DNA from: Oculina patagonica
Lineage: Eukaryota
Length of the DNA stretch: 64,000 bases
Direction: 5' to 3'
NCBI RefSeq assembly: GCF_052425735.1
Contig: NC_135763.1
Location: 3,348,001 to 3,412,000, forward strand
The notes under the pieces are model-generated. The model was not told the origin of the DNA, did not search any database, and saw nothing but the letters and a program-made list of their open reading frames with translations. Below are positions 52,201-64,000 of this stretch, piece by piece (the stretch's first letter is position 1; every line of letters begins with the position of its first letter). The position numbers were made by a program, and so were the translations under genes.

Positions 52201-55200
52201 TACCAATTGTTCTAACAAGAAGTTTGTTTCTTTTCAGGCTAACAAATGAAGAATCAAGAAAAAATTGGGAAGAGCATGGTAATCCTGATGGACCTGGAGG
52301 TATGCATTCACAGTACAAATGTAGAATAAAACCTCTTCTAATATCATCCTTTTGGTTTTAATATTAAGGAAAACATATTTCTAACTATAATAATAATATT
52401 TGTGCATGAAAATCCTGAGCTTAACAATATAGCAAGAATTATTCTGATTCAAGGTGGACTATATTAAAAAAATTGATACGAAATGTGGATACTGTTAATC
52501 AAAGTTCCCCTGGGGGCTTATTTTGTCTCCATAAATTGTCTTAAGTAGCTTTTCACGGAGCTTAGGGTTATTTGTAAAATAAAATAGAGTACTAAACAAT
52601 GAATGAGCTTGGAAGAGAGGAAGTGGGGCGAAATATTGAATTTGATTTACCGGTATAAGTGATTAAAGCGCATGCTTTTAAAGTACTGTTTTAATCTGCA
52701 ACTTTATTTTTTGATCTTTCAGCAACCAGCTTTGGAATAGCTTTGCCTTCCTGGCTTGTGAGCAAAGAAAACTCCATGTGGGTTAGTTGATTCTAAAAAC
52801 CATCATAATAATTTATTTTCTAATCATCACCAGCCTTATTATAAATGGTGTTCATTAGCCAGCTTAAAATTTTTGGATCAATTTAGGTTTCTGGGAAACT
52901 GCTCACCTACCCCTCCCCAAACCCAACATTAACCTTTACTTATCGCTTTGGGCAAAATGTTAGGTTTAGGGAGGGGTAGGTGAGCAGTTTCCCAGAAACC
53001 TAAATTGATCCAAATTTTTTTCATACTTTCAACTTTTTTATTCAGAATTCTGCGTCATCATTTATTGCTTGTCTGGTCTTTATACTAGGTACTGGGAGCT
53101 TATGGACTTGCCTTTATGGTGATTCTTCCAATTGCAGTGGTAAGCAAACATATTATAATGTGAATCATATAATATATTATGCAATATAACCAATTAGTGT
53201 GTCTGCTTGCTGGATACTAGAATGATAATTTTTATTCATTTTTTTTTGTTTAGGGAACCTGGTGGTACAAGTCTATTCAGTACAGCTGTGAACAGATCTT
53301 ACTGGATACCACTCAACTGTATTACTACTTCTTTCACAAGACACCAGCTATGCAGTCTAAACGTATGTACAGTAGTCAATAACGAAGAACATTCGGTTTG
53401 ACTGTAATTGATTTTGACCAAATAGCGCTGTGTGCACTTGAATTTTTTTGAATGAATAATAATAATCTTTATTTCAATAACATGGTACATTACACTAATA
53501 CATCACAATATTTCATACAAAATTTGCTACTTAAATTACACTTGATGATTTTAACATTGCTGATCCTAGCAGTATGCAGGACGCGTGTCACATATCAACC
53601 TAGTAAATGGCCCAGCTCACCACGAGTCTCTCGTAGCTCAGTTGGTTAGAGCACCCAATCGGTATTCTGGGAGGCCATGGGTTCGATTCCTGTCGGGAAC
53701 TCAGAATTTTTCTTTGTCCCATGCTCGTGTCATTGTTGAAAAGTTAATCTTCATCTTCAGTCACTTACTGTTGGTATAGTAAAGGGCAGTTTAGACCATG
53801 ACCATGTTTGATGGTCCAATGTCCATGCATGGGCACGTAAAGAGAAGAAATCTACAACATTGAAAAATGTAAACCAACTGTAATATTAATACTTCTGTTT
53901 TTATAGGTGTGTTAATGATTTTGGCTGGTTCCTTGGAGTTTGAAAAAGGTCACAATAATGAAGTTCAGGAGCGACCAAGTGATAACATAGAATTACCAGA
54001 GGTAAGGCCTGTGCAACATTGTAGCATAAAGACTAGGCCAGGGATTAAAATGCAATAAAGGAACTTTTTTTTAGTGATGTTGCAGTGTTTGTTAACTTTC
54101 TATTGATTCTTTGTTGTGTTTAGTTAATGCGAGACTTGCCCAACCTTGGTGATAAAAACAAAGAGCCGCCCCTGTGCTACCCTTACAGTATCAAGGCAAG
54201 AGCTCTGATTCATGGTCACTTGTCACGGCTAGAGCTTCCTAGACTCACACTCAAATCAGGTGAGGCTCCATGGGTTACACAGGGTTCATATTGTGAGGGA
54301 AAAGAGTCTGATTCAGAACATGTATAAACTGACACATTGGTCGATGTTTCAATTGGAAGTTGGTCCGCTGTTTGCGCAGTTGGTTTAAGCTCTCCATCAC
54401 TTTTACAAAAGGTTTCCATAACTAATAACACTTAAGAAACAAGTACATATTAATTAAAAAGAAAATTTATACTGATTTTCATTCAAATTTGTCTAGAGTT
54501 ATGGTTACAGTCAAACCAGATATTCTTTTGATGGGAACTTTGCAATGTTGCAGCGCAATGTTCCAATGTTGTTTAACAGTTTGCTTGTTACAACTTGCAA
54601 CTGAAATGAAAACCAGAACTTGGCAACTTGATCAAGCAAATTTGAAATGAAAGTTGCAAGTTGCGACAAGCAAACTGTCCATCAATATTGGAGCATTGCA
54701 CCACAACATTGCAGAGTTACCATCAAAAAAACATTCTGTTTGACTGTAATTGATTCTGACCAACCAGTGCTGTGTGCAAAGACTCTATCAACAATAAATT
54801 TTAATAAAACTGATAAAAAAAAGATGAGAAAACTATTTTTTAGATCGCACTTTTTTGAATTTTAAGGTTAGGGAGTGCAGTCTTATACATGCATTTTTCA
54901 TTTGCCATATTCTAGACCTTGATCTGATACTGCAGAAGAGTCCATTCCTTATCCAAGAAATGGTTAGCTGTGTGGGACAGCTTATTGCCATGGCCAAAGC
55001 AGGGCGAAGTAAGTAAAAACTTAAAAACCATTTAGTTTCTAGATCAATATTTAAGAGTTCTTTTGCTGACATACATGAATGTAAATATTACTAACAATCA
55101 TCAGGATTATAAATTTACATTAACCTTACTTTTTTTCTGGCATACACTAATAATAATAATTTATTATTATATCAGTCATACAACCGTCAGACCACTAATG

Positions 55201-58197
55201 ACTGCTTTATATGACATAAGATTCAAAAATGCAGTTGCCTTTTTCTGTGTTATCATTACCACATAATTTTTTTAAAGTGATAAATAAATTTAAATTGCAC
55301 ATTGATGTAACCATTGTTTTCTGACACCAAATTTGTTTGTATGTTTTTGTTTGGATAGCCCAAAATATGCCACGGCTTGAGACAATTGAGAACTGTATGC
55401 GTGTAAGTCAAATGATGGTGCAAGGACTCTGGGACAACAAGTCTCCTTTGTTACAACTGCCACATCTTAATCAGGAAAATTTACGACATTTCACCACCAA
55501 AAAGGTACAGTATAGGTAATCATGAAGTAGTAAAACACACAACTGCTAAAACTTGCCTTTAATCTTTTACTCCCTAATGACAACAGGCAAATAACACCTG
55601 CTCTCCACTGCAATTGCACCTTATTCCTACAATCAAAATCTCCCAACCAAATTTGTTTACTGTATTTATTTATATTTGGTTCAAAATTTCTCAAACTGGT
55701 TTGATTTTCTTTTTTTATTGTCTCCTAATGATTATCATAATCTGAAACAAAGGGGGGAAATCAAACTGGCTTGAAAATTTTTTAACCAAAAATAACTTTA
55801 AACCACAAAATTTACATTGTATAAAATATAATTGCTGTTGCCATTTCTAGATCTGTCTCTAGCCTCTAGGTCTCACATCTAGCTTTCATTTCTGAATAAT
55901 GACAAGTCATGTAGCTTGCTATTGTGTCAAACATGTTATATGATTTCAAGCATTCTTTGCAAGTTGACTATAATACGGTTTTATTGTTGTTCTTTGTACA
56001 CAGCGGAGTGTTCGTTCCATTAGACAGCTAGCGTCCATGAAGGATGAGGACAGGAGGTTAGTATGTACAAACTTGACAGTGTAACAAATGTCACAAGTGA
56101 GATACCTAAAGTATTATACAGTAAACCTTTGGATACCTTAAAATTAATTGTCTTTGTATGTCAGTAAAATTAATGTATATTTTCATTTGATGCTTAAGTT
56201 GTAGTGACACATTACAAAATATGCAGAGCTCTTTAATTTCTAAAACATGTTTTAAAAAATCCCTGGAACAAGTTTCTATGATTTATCAACTGCAAGTTGC
56301 TTTTTTCTTTAAATAGTGTCTTTGTCTTCTCTCTTCTTCTCAGCAATTTATGAGTACAGGTGTAAGTTTTCTTTCCTCGGTCAAGCTTTGTGTATTATAT
56401 AGCCAACTGGTCTGCCTCCTGCCAGTTGGGATTTTTAACCTTGCTATGTTCATTTAAAATATTTGTTTCAGGTCTGTTTCAGTGGCACGCCTGTAAACTA
56501 GCTATCTCGAAGCTAAGTGCATGACCACAATAAACAACATTAACATTCATATTTACATTTTTTTTTTACATTTAGTTACATTTTTCTTTCAGATTTATTG
56601 GGGTATTAAACTGACATGGTTTTTAAGTGACACTTTTTCTTGTGCAATATTTCAGATCCCTTTTAAGGAACCTGACTGGAGAGCAGTATGAAGACGTGAT
56701 CAATGTTTGCTCAATGTTTCCTGTTATAGATCTGGTAGTAAAACCACATGGTGAGTTTATTATCTAGTTGCACTGAAACATTACAGTATATTGTCACATA
56801 ATTTAGAGTATGATTCATTTACTGACATTGTGCCATTCTACTATCATTGTCTACTGAATTGGAACAAAGCAGCATGTACCTACACTTTTCAGTATATCGC
56901 CGTGTAAAATAATGTGTGCCATTTATTTTGAGAATAAGAACAGTACCTATTTGCACTCAAAGATCGTCAAGTGAATAGTAAGCATGCAAAATGGCCATGT
57001 AAAAATTGGCCCAGTTTTATACAACCATTTTCCCTACTCCCTCTCTTGGCTCTTACTTGACAATCTTTGAGGATAGGCAGGAACTACTCATGGTCTGGTT
57101 GACCTTTAGAGGACTACATTTCCAACTAAATAAATGAATTTTATTGAGGACAACAGCACTTCAGTTTGATGAAACAGAAAAATGTATGTTTGTGGTCGAA
57201 GTGTAGTTGTAGTCTGAGTACTGTAGGTGTCATTTTCTCAGCACCACCAAGCTCAAATTGAATTATGAATATTGAATTTTGTTTCAGTGTTCACGTTAAC
57301 ATTGGCCCTGAAACGCCCTGTTGATGGAGCGTTAAATTAAGATATTTATTTTATTCTTATTTATTTAGTTCAACGATTGTAATGACAGTTACGTAATAAG
57401 TACTGGTATTGTAAATATTAAGATTACTGTAAATTATTCCTGGTGTGCACAGTTTAAGTTAGAGATGTCTTGCTTTTCAGTCCTTGATGATGAAGATGAC
57501 GCAGGTCTAATCACAACTGGTTCAATAGTGACAGTGTCTGTTACAGTAAAAAGACGAAACCTAGGGGTGAGTTGCCTTTGGTTTATTACTGTCAGTAGTG
57601 ATATTGTGGTACAGTACATTCAAGCCTGCTGTACCGTGCACTGGCAATTTGTTGTTGCAAGACTGTAGATTGTTCTTATGGAGACTGTACAAGTTTCATC
57701 TGTGGACTAATAGATTTTTTACAACTGTCAAATTTGTTAGACAAGGTAGCTTGACCTTGTTTATTAATATTCAAAAGTAAAATGTCAAGTGAAACTAGTT
57801 TTCAAATACCGTAAAAGCAAAAATTGCCCCAGGAGATTTTATTTTATTTTATTTTTGAAGATTTCCCATTTTATTCCACTTGATTGATTAGGGAGAGCTG
57901 TGGATCCTGATTGGATATGCTACAGTAGTTTTCCACCTAGCATGGTACCGCCAATCATCTCATTATGTGATTATTTGTGTTTGTAGGAGTTCTTTGAGGA
58001 GGATAATATAGATGACCTACCACCCCTTGAAAGTGTTCAGCCAAATGACACAGTGGAGCCTAAGGTAAAGTGCTACTATTAAATTTTACAGTAACCCTCT
58101 GTAAAATTTATTTCTTGCATTTATAGCTCTTTGCACGCATTTCGTCCCTACAATACTGGATGTCTGACTGACTAACTGACTGATTGACTGACTGACT

Positions 58198-58231
<34 letters not shown>

Positions 58232-61200
58232 TGGTATGAAAGATTAACACGGTATAAGAGTAATTGTACAGTGGAGATTTATATTTCGTACACAATGTGT
58301 ACGTGAAAAGTGTTACTTAGCCAAGAAAGTAACAATTACCCATTGGCTGTTTTTCTAAAGGGCTCACCTCAACCAGGTGCTCAGAAAGTCTGGCAGAAAA
58401 ACAAAAAGAAAGGGAAAAAGGCCAAGCCACAAAAGCAACAACCCAAGAAAAAGCCTGTGAAACAACAGCCCAAAAAGAATACTTCTCAAGAGGAGAAAGA
58501 GGTGAGAATTTTTTTTAATGAGCCTATGGGCACTTTCCATTAGTTACGTGTAGAACTGACCGGCGGCCGGTCCAGTGGTTTTGAATGTGAAATGGCCCCT
58601 TTTCCACGAGATTTTCCCACAAATCCACCACAACAGTGTATAATATTTACGCATTGACTGATTTGACAGGGTAAACCAACTAACAATGGAATTCTGTGGA
58701 AAGCGCCCTATGATTTTATTTTCCAGCCATCTTTTCACTTTTACTCGCGTGTTTTGCGTGGGTAAATTGAGAGCAAAAACGCCATATTGCAAGCATTTTG
58801 TGCGAATGTTACTGAAGTGCTGCAACCGTGCCCTGTACTGTAGCTGCCACACAACTCAAATGAAAACCGCTCTTATACACAGAATCTATTTTCTCGAGTT
58901 TTTCTTCGAGAGAGAACTGTTTCTTGATGTTTCTTTCGCGTTCTTTTCGCGTTGAAAAATAGAGAGGCTGTAAACAGTCTAAATTTGAGGGATTTGAAAC
59001 ATTTTTGTTCCATCATTTTTTCAGAAAACCAGCGAAGAAAAGGAAGAGCGCAGTGGAAAGAAGAACAAAAACAAAGCGAGCAAAGGTGATGAGGATGAAG
59101 ACAAAGAGGAAGAGGATGAGGAAGATGTGGAGATGGAGAAGGAAGAAGCCGACGAAGAAGAAGATGAAGACGACGCTGAAGAGGAAGAAACAAATGACAA
59201 GATTGAAGAAATCAAGAAACCGAAAAGAAAGCCTGTTGAAGAAGAGTCTGATCTGGATAGTAGCAGGTATTAATATTTATGTTCACTGCCTGTTTTTTTT
59301 GTTGTTGTATTTTTGTTTTGTTTTTTTAGCATTGACTGCATTGGATGTTTGGATAAGTTACCGAGAAATGAGGGGAATTTAACATTATGGGCGCTTTCCA
59401 ATAGACCTTTTTCGCTTGGGCGTTTTGTTGCCCCATTACGAACCATGTGATGATACTCTTGAGAGTTCTTGCTTTCAAATTTTCAAATAATCGCGTGTAT
59501 ATGAATGAATAAATTTTGTGGATAAAGGAAAATTCTCTAGAGAACATCACGTGGTCTGTAATGGATAAACAAACCGCCCAAGCGAAAAAGGTCTATTCGA
59601 CCGAAAATACCGGTTTGAAATTTCAGGTATTCCATGTGGCGAATGGAACTTACAGTATTTTCCGGTAGGTGCTCACGTTCCAAGTTTTGGTTGAATGGAA
59701 AGCGCACTTGACTATGCGGACACGTTCGATTCCGGCTAGAAAAAAATTGGGCCCGAGCAGAATGGTTAAATGGAACGGTATTTTTCGGTTGTTTTGATTT
59801 TCCGAAATTTTATTTCGGGAAATTTCCGTTCCATTCGCTTCCCAACCCAGAATATCCGGAATTTTTGGTTGAGTGGAAAGCACCCTTGCTCTCACTCCCT
59901 TGGCCCCTTAGCCTACTATTTGATCCTACCCCCTACCCCCCCCCCCCCTTCCCAATGCTTCGTTACGAGAGCCACAGATTTGTCAGTCGAAAGACTGTTA
60001 TGTGTAACCCTCGTAAAACAAAGTCGATTTATTTCTGTGTTACGTGCATAGCAATCTTTCGACATCCATCTATCGGCATCATCTTTCGACGTGCTGTTTG
60101 AAATGAGCCAATCAAAGCCGATGCATACAGGTGTTTGTTTCGTGCAAATGAGCACACAAGTACAGATGGTCATGCTAGTGGACTGTGATTAGTGGATTTC
60201 CATCCGTCTTGTTTTTTTAGTATGTCGAAAGATGGATGAAGACGTACATGTAGCACTGTATTGCTGTAAAAGGTTTTCACTTTCTCTCACTGCAACAGTT
60301 TCTCGAATACAAACTTTACAATGTTCTCATACTTTAGCCTCGGTGAAGATGAAGACAGCGACGCTGTACAAGAGGCCAGTGCTCGGGATTCCGAAGACGA
60401 AGCCGAGTGGGACCGACTGCAAGCCGACGTCAAGGGTCGTGATGCTATCTTGGATCCGAAATTAAAAGAAAGTCATATTGTCCATGCACCTTATTTCCCA
60501 GAGGTACAAACTGAATTGAATGTTGTTTCCCTATGTGGTGGATGCTATTTTAACCCAAATTTCAGTGTCTACTGTTTTAAAAACCTTTCTTTCTGATGTA
60601 AGCTGATATTTCTTGACTAGAAATTTCCACAAACAACTAATAAAACCATGATAAAGTAAAAAAAATTAAATAAAGTAGATAAATAGTTAACCACCAGGCC
60701 CCAGTTGTTAAAAGGGCGGATAACGCTATCCACTGGATAAATCACTATCCGGTGGATAGCGAAGTAGGGTTTGTTTGTATGACAGTTATCCACTGAATAG
60801 CGATTTATCCGGTGGATAGCGTTATCCACCCTTTGAACAACTGGGGCCTGAGATGACAGATCTGGTGGTTAACTATTTATCTACTTTGTTTGGACGAAAA
60901 CTGCATCTGAGTATCTAAAAGAACTTGCTCAGTTTCTCCAAAAACCCATTAGGAATTGAAGCGTGTGCAAACGATTCACTGCTTGTGGTTTTTCTCATTG
61001 TACTAGACACCATGTTTGAAGAGAAATCATCTACGTAGAGAAATATAATATCCTCCCTCGGCTTACATATTTACCAATAAGTTCCCGTGAAATGCATCTG
61101 GCCAAATTTCAGTATCAGGCGGTAGCTGTATCACAGTTTGATATCTAATTTAATTTTTCAACCTTCTTATTAAAGATTGTCTGGTTACTCTACATGTTTT

Positions 61201-61613
61201 TTTAATTGCAATTACTACAGGAAAAACAAGAGTGGTGGTGGATTTATGTCACGGACCGCAGGAAAACAGAGCTCATAACACCGCCTCAACAGATATTCAA
61301 CCTTAAAGAGGAAGAAAAGGTAAAGCGTGGCCTGTCACGCAATCTGTCCTCCCTCCTAACGAAAGAGGGCAGATTGCGTGACTAAAGCTTTGTGATTTCT
61401 TCACATAGTCACGCAACACACTGAACCAAACTATTTTCAAATAGAACACTTCGTTTTCTTGTAAATGACGCAAAGGATGTAACGGTTTGCTGTTTTCTCT
61501 GTTTCTAGGTGGACATGAAGTTTCAAGCTCCTTACAAAGCCAAAACGTATCATTATACTGTCACATTACGATCAGACTCTTACTTGGATTTCGACGTTCA
61601 TCAGAATTTCAAC
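49285..61613 (+). CDS. SEC63: Translocation protein SEC63, 21 exons in window, last exon beyond window
   Basis: MAGAQFEYDEKG start, J domain with HPD, GNPDGPG-ATSFGIALP, HAPYFPEEKQEWWWIY, LRSDSYL. Exons 49285-49408, 49554-49659, 50606-50720, 51979-52094, 52238-52299, 52723-52781, 53089-53139, 53254-53362, 53907-54001, 54124-54259, 54916-55008, 55359-55504, 56004-56056, 56656-56750, 57481-57566, 57987-58064, 58361-58501, 59025-59266, 60338-60503, 61221-61319, 61509-61613. Confidence 0.97.
52875..53011. mobile_element. Palindromic MITE, copy 2
   Basis: GGATCAATTTAGGTTTCTGGG ... CCCAGAAACCTAAATTGATCC; AAATTTTT duplicated in the flanks. Confidence 0.9.
53550..53760 (+). repeat. Repeat with an internal tRNA-like module (53624-53702)
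   Basis: GAGTCTCTCGTAGCTCAGTTGGTTAGAGCA...GGGTTCGATTCC...GGGAACTC, then a T run; preceded by a potentially structured motif. Confidence 0.65.
56370..56575 (+). mobile_element. 5'-truncated SINE
   Basis: Core TAGCCAACTGGTCTGCCTCCTGCCAGTTGGGATT shared with 2226-2480; TTTACAT-type tail. Confidence 0.7.
58163..58229. repeat. (CTGA)n(CAGA)n microsatellite
   Basis: Direct reading. Confidence 0.9.
59389..59885. mobile_element. Cluster of nested MITEs
   Basis: Harbinger-like GGGCGCTTTCCA ... TGGAAAGCGCAC, interrupted by AATAGACCTTTTTCGCTTGGGCG ... CGCCCAAGCGAAAAAGGTCTATT (59400-59597); second partial copy ending TGGAAAGCACCC. Confidence 0.7.
60695..60850. mobile_element. hAT-like palindromic MITE
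   Basis: CAGGCCCCAGTTGTT ... AACAACTGGGGCCTG with GGATA/TATCC subrepeats. Confidence 0.85.
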
Positions 61614-62101
61614 GTGAGTAACTTTTCTTATATTGTGGGAATCCGAGTTGGTACATTTACTTCTATTTCGTTTGCTTGTATGGTGTTCTTGGGCAAGAGT
61701 ACTGTATTCTCACTCCAAGAGAGAGGGCTATTTCTTGACACTGAGCAAAATGTGTGAATGGCGACTCGCTTAAATGATTCGTTCATTTATTGAGGTTCCG
61801 AGGACCTTGTTTACTACAGTACTTACCCGCTTATAAGAACCTGCAATTTAAGAACCTGTTAGCCTAAAAATATCAATTTAGACCCCATTTACATAAGAAC
61901 CTATTTAGCCTAAAATTTGAAACAGGTTCTTATAGAAAGGTTCTTATAGAAATTAACCTAAAAAAATCTTCATATATGTATATATTTCACATCATTAAAT
62001 CAACTTTTAGCCTGATACTGAGAATTAAAATATCTACTAAAATGGGTCATGGCCACATACTGTACTGTCTAAAGGCCAGGCCTGTTTTGGCATTAAATTA
62101 A

Positions 62102-64000
62102 TATACCTACCTATACCTATATCTCTCCATGCCATAAGGCACATAAGGCTTTGACATTCTCTTTCCACCCACTACGATTTGCTGCAAGGGCTCTGACATT
62201 CGCCCATGACTGCCACCCAGCTGTTTGCCTTTCATCTTCAACCATCCTCCTCCATGTTGTTTTCGGTCGACCCGGTCTTCTTCTCCCTTCTGGCCTCCAC
62301 TCCAAAGCTGTGACACAATGTTCCTCTCTGCCTTTCCTCATTATATGACCAATCCAGTTCCATCTTCGGCGTCTGATCTCATCGCTCGCTCTGTTCACTC
62401 CTGTATTCTCCTGGATTTGTTGGTGGGATATGGTCTGAGGCCACCTTATTCTTAGAATCCTCTTCATGCACTTGTATTGGAAACCGTCCAGCTTCTTTGC
62501 TTCTGTTTTCGTAAGTTTCCAAGCCTCACATCCATACATCAAAACTGACCTAACAATTGTTTTAAACAATTGTACCTTCGTCTTCCTTCCAATCTCACTG
62601 GTGTCCCATAATCTTCGCATCCTATAGAAAGCCTGTCTAGCTTTACTTAGCCTATGCTGTATGTCCTTGGTTGTTCCGCCTTCTTTGTCCAGCAATGCAC
62701 CTAAGTACACAAATTCTTCCACCTCATCTACCACCTCCCCATTAATCTCTAGTCGTTGGTCGTTTCTAGCATTCACTCGCATGACTTTTGACTTCTTTGC
62801 ATTGACCCTAAGACCGACTCTTGCAGCTTCATCGACTAGCCTGCTGGTCTTATCTCTTATGTCGACGTACCTGGACGACAACAAAGCGATGTCGTCTGCA
62901 AAGTCTAGGTCTTCTAAGACCGAGGTGAACTTCCATCGTATACCAGTTCTTCTACCTTCTGTAGTCCTGCTCATGACCCAGTCAATTGCAAGTAGAAATA
63001 GGAAACCAGACATGACGCATCCTTGCTTTACTCCTGACTGGACTTGAAACCATTCTGTTGTTCCACCCTCATCCAAGACTGCGCATTCAAAGTTGTTGTA
63101 CATCGCCTTCACCAATGCGATAAGCTCTTCTGGGATTCCGTACATTGACATGATGTTCCACAGACTTTCTCTATGTACTGAATCGAATGCTTTCTCAAAG
63201 TCTATGAAATGGGTGTACAGAATTGCGTTCCATTCGTTGACTTGTTCCAGTATATTCCTGAGAGCAAAGATCTGATCAATGGTACTTCTGTTCTCTCGAA
63301 AGCCTGCTTGTTCCTTCCTCAGGATGTTGTCAACACCATTTTTGATTCTACTTATCAACACTCTTCCAAAGATCTTACTGATGACTGGTAACAGCGTAAT
63401 GCCCCTCCAATTCGTACACTCCCGTAGGTCACCCTTCTTGGGTAACTTTACTATCAATCCTCTATTCCAGCTTTTTGGTACTACGCCCTCTTCCTTCACC
63501 TTGTTAAACAGCTTTGTCAGCTCCTCTGTTCTCTCATCTAGATCTGTTTTTAGGAGTTCTGCTACTACGTTATCAAGTCCAGCTGCCTTCCCATTTTTCG
63601 TTGATTTTATAGCTCTTTTCACTTCGGCTGGTTGAAATGGTCCAGTGTCAAATTCTCTGTCATTTTGCCTTCTTTCCAATTCATGGGGCTGAATAGGACT
63701 TTCAGGTGGTTCTTTGTTGAGTACTGCCTCAAAGTGTTCTTTCCAGATCTTCAGTCTTTCACTCCCCTCATTTGTCGGTCTTCCGTTTTTATCGTTTACT
63801 GCTGTACTCGCTCTTCTCTTCTCACCCGTCAAGGTCTTCACTATTCGATGTAATTCCCCAGTTCTTCCATTTTCTGCCGCTCTCTCAGCATTGCCTGCCA
63901 TCTCATTCAACCAGCGCCTCTTGTCTTCACGTGCACTCCTTTTCACTTCCCGGTCCTTTCCCTTATACTGCTCCCTTATTCTTTGTTTGACTCTTTCTGA
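62102..64000 (-). mobile_element. RTE-clade non-LTR retrotransposon, RT ORF (62117 to beyond the window edge)
   Basis: At least 609 aa without a stop, with RT motifs NWRGITLL, QAGFR, DFEKAFDSV, GVKQG, FADD and YLG; RTE-type C-terminus GRPKTTW...ALC; (TAGGTA)-like tail right after the stop. Confidence 0.95.

Noticed and set aside
59005-59382. 125-aa Lys/Arg-rich protamine-like ORF
   Set aside because: Alternative frame of the acidic SEC63 exon 59025-59266.

Overview
AT-rich, intron-rich animal genomic DNA with two N-gaps (12948-13689, 33823-34322). The repeat families suggest an anthozoan/stony coral (inference). Genes reconstructed by hand from splice sites and codon phase: 3' end of CEP162 (+); an unrecognised 3-exon, 115-aa single-pass membrane protein gene (-); CCDC81 (-, 3' exons not found before the gap); an intronless NAT16/histidine N-acetyltransferase-like GNAT gene (-); MCMDC2 (-) head-to-head with SEC63 (+), whose last visible intron holds an RTE-type LINE with an unbroken ORF. 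Introns and intergenic DNA are full of MITEs (9-bp-TSD Academ-like and MULE-like, Harbinger, TTAA-type), tRNA-derived SINEs and microsatellites. The most interesting signal is in MCMDC2 intron 1: a 327-nt unit bounded by two decayed copies of a type III hammerhead ribozyme, with a tRNA-like cloverleaf inside, i.e. a retrozyme-like element. All homology calls are from memory of the families; no searches were run.
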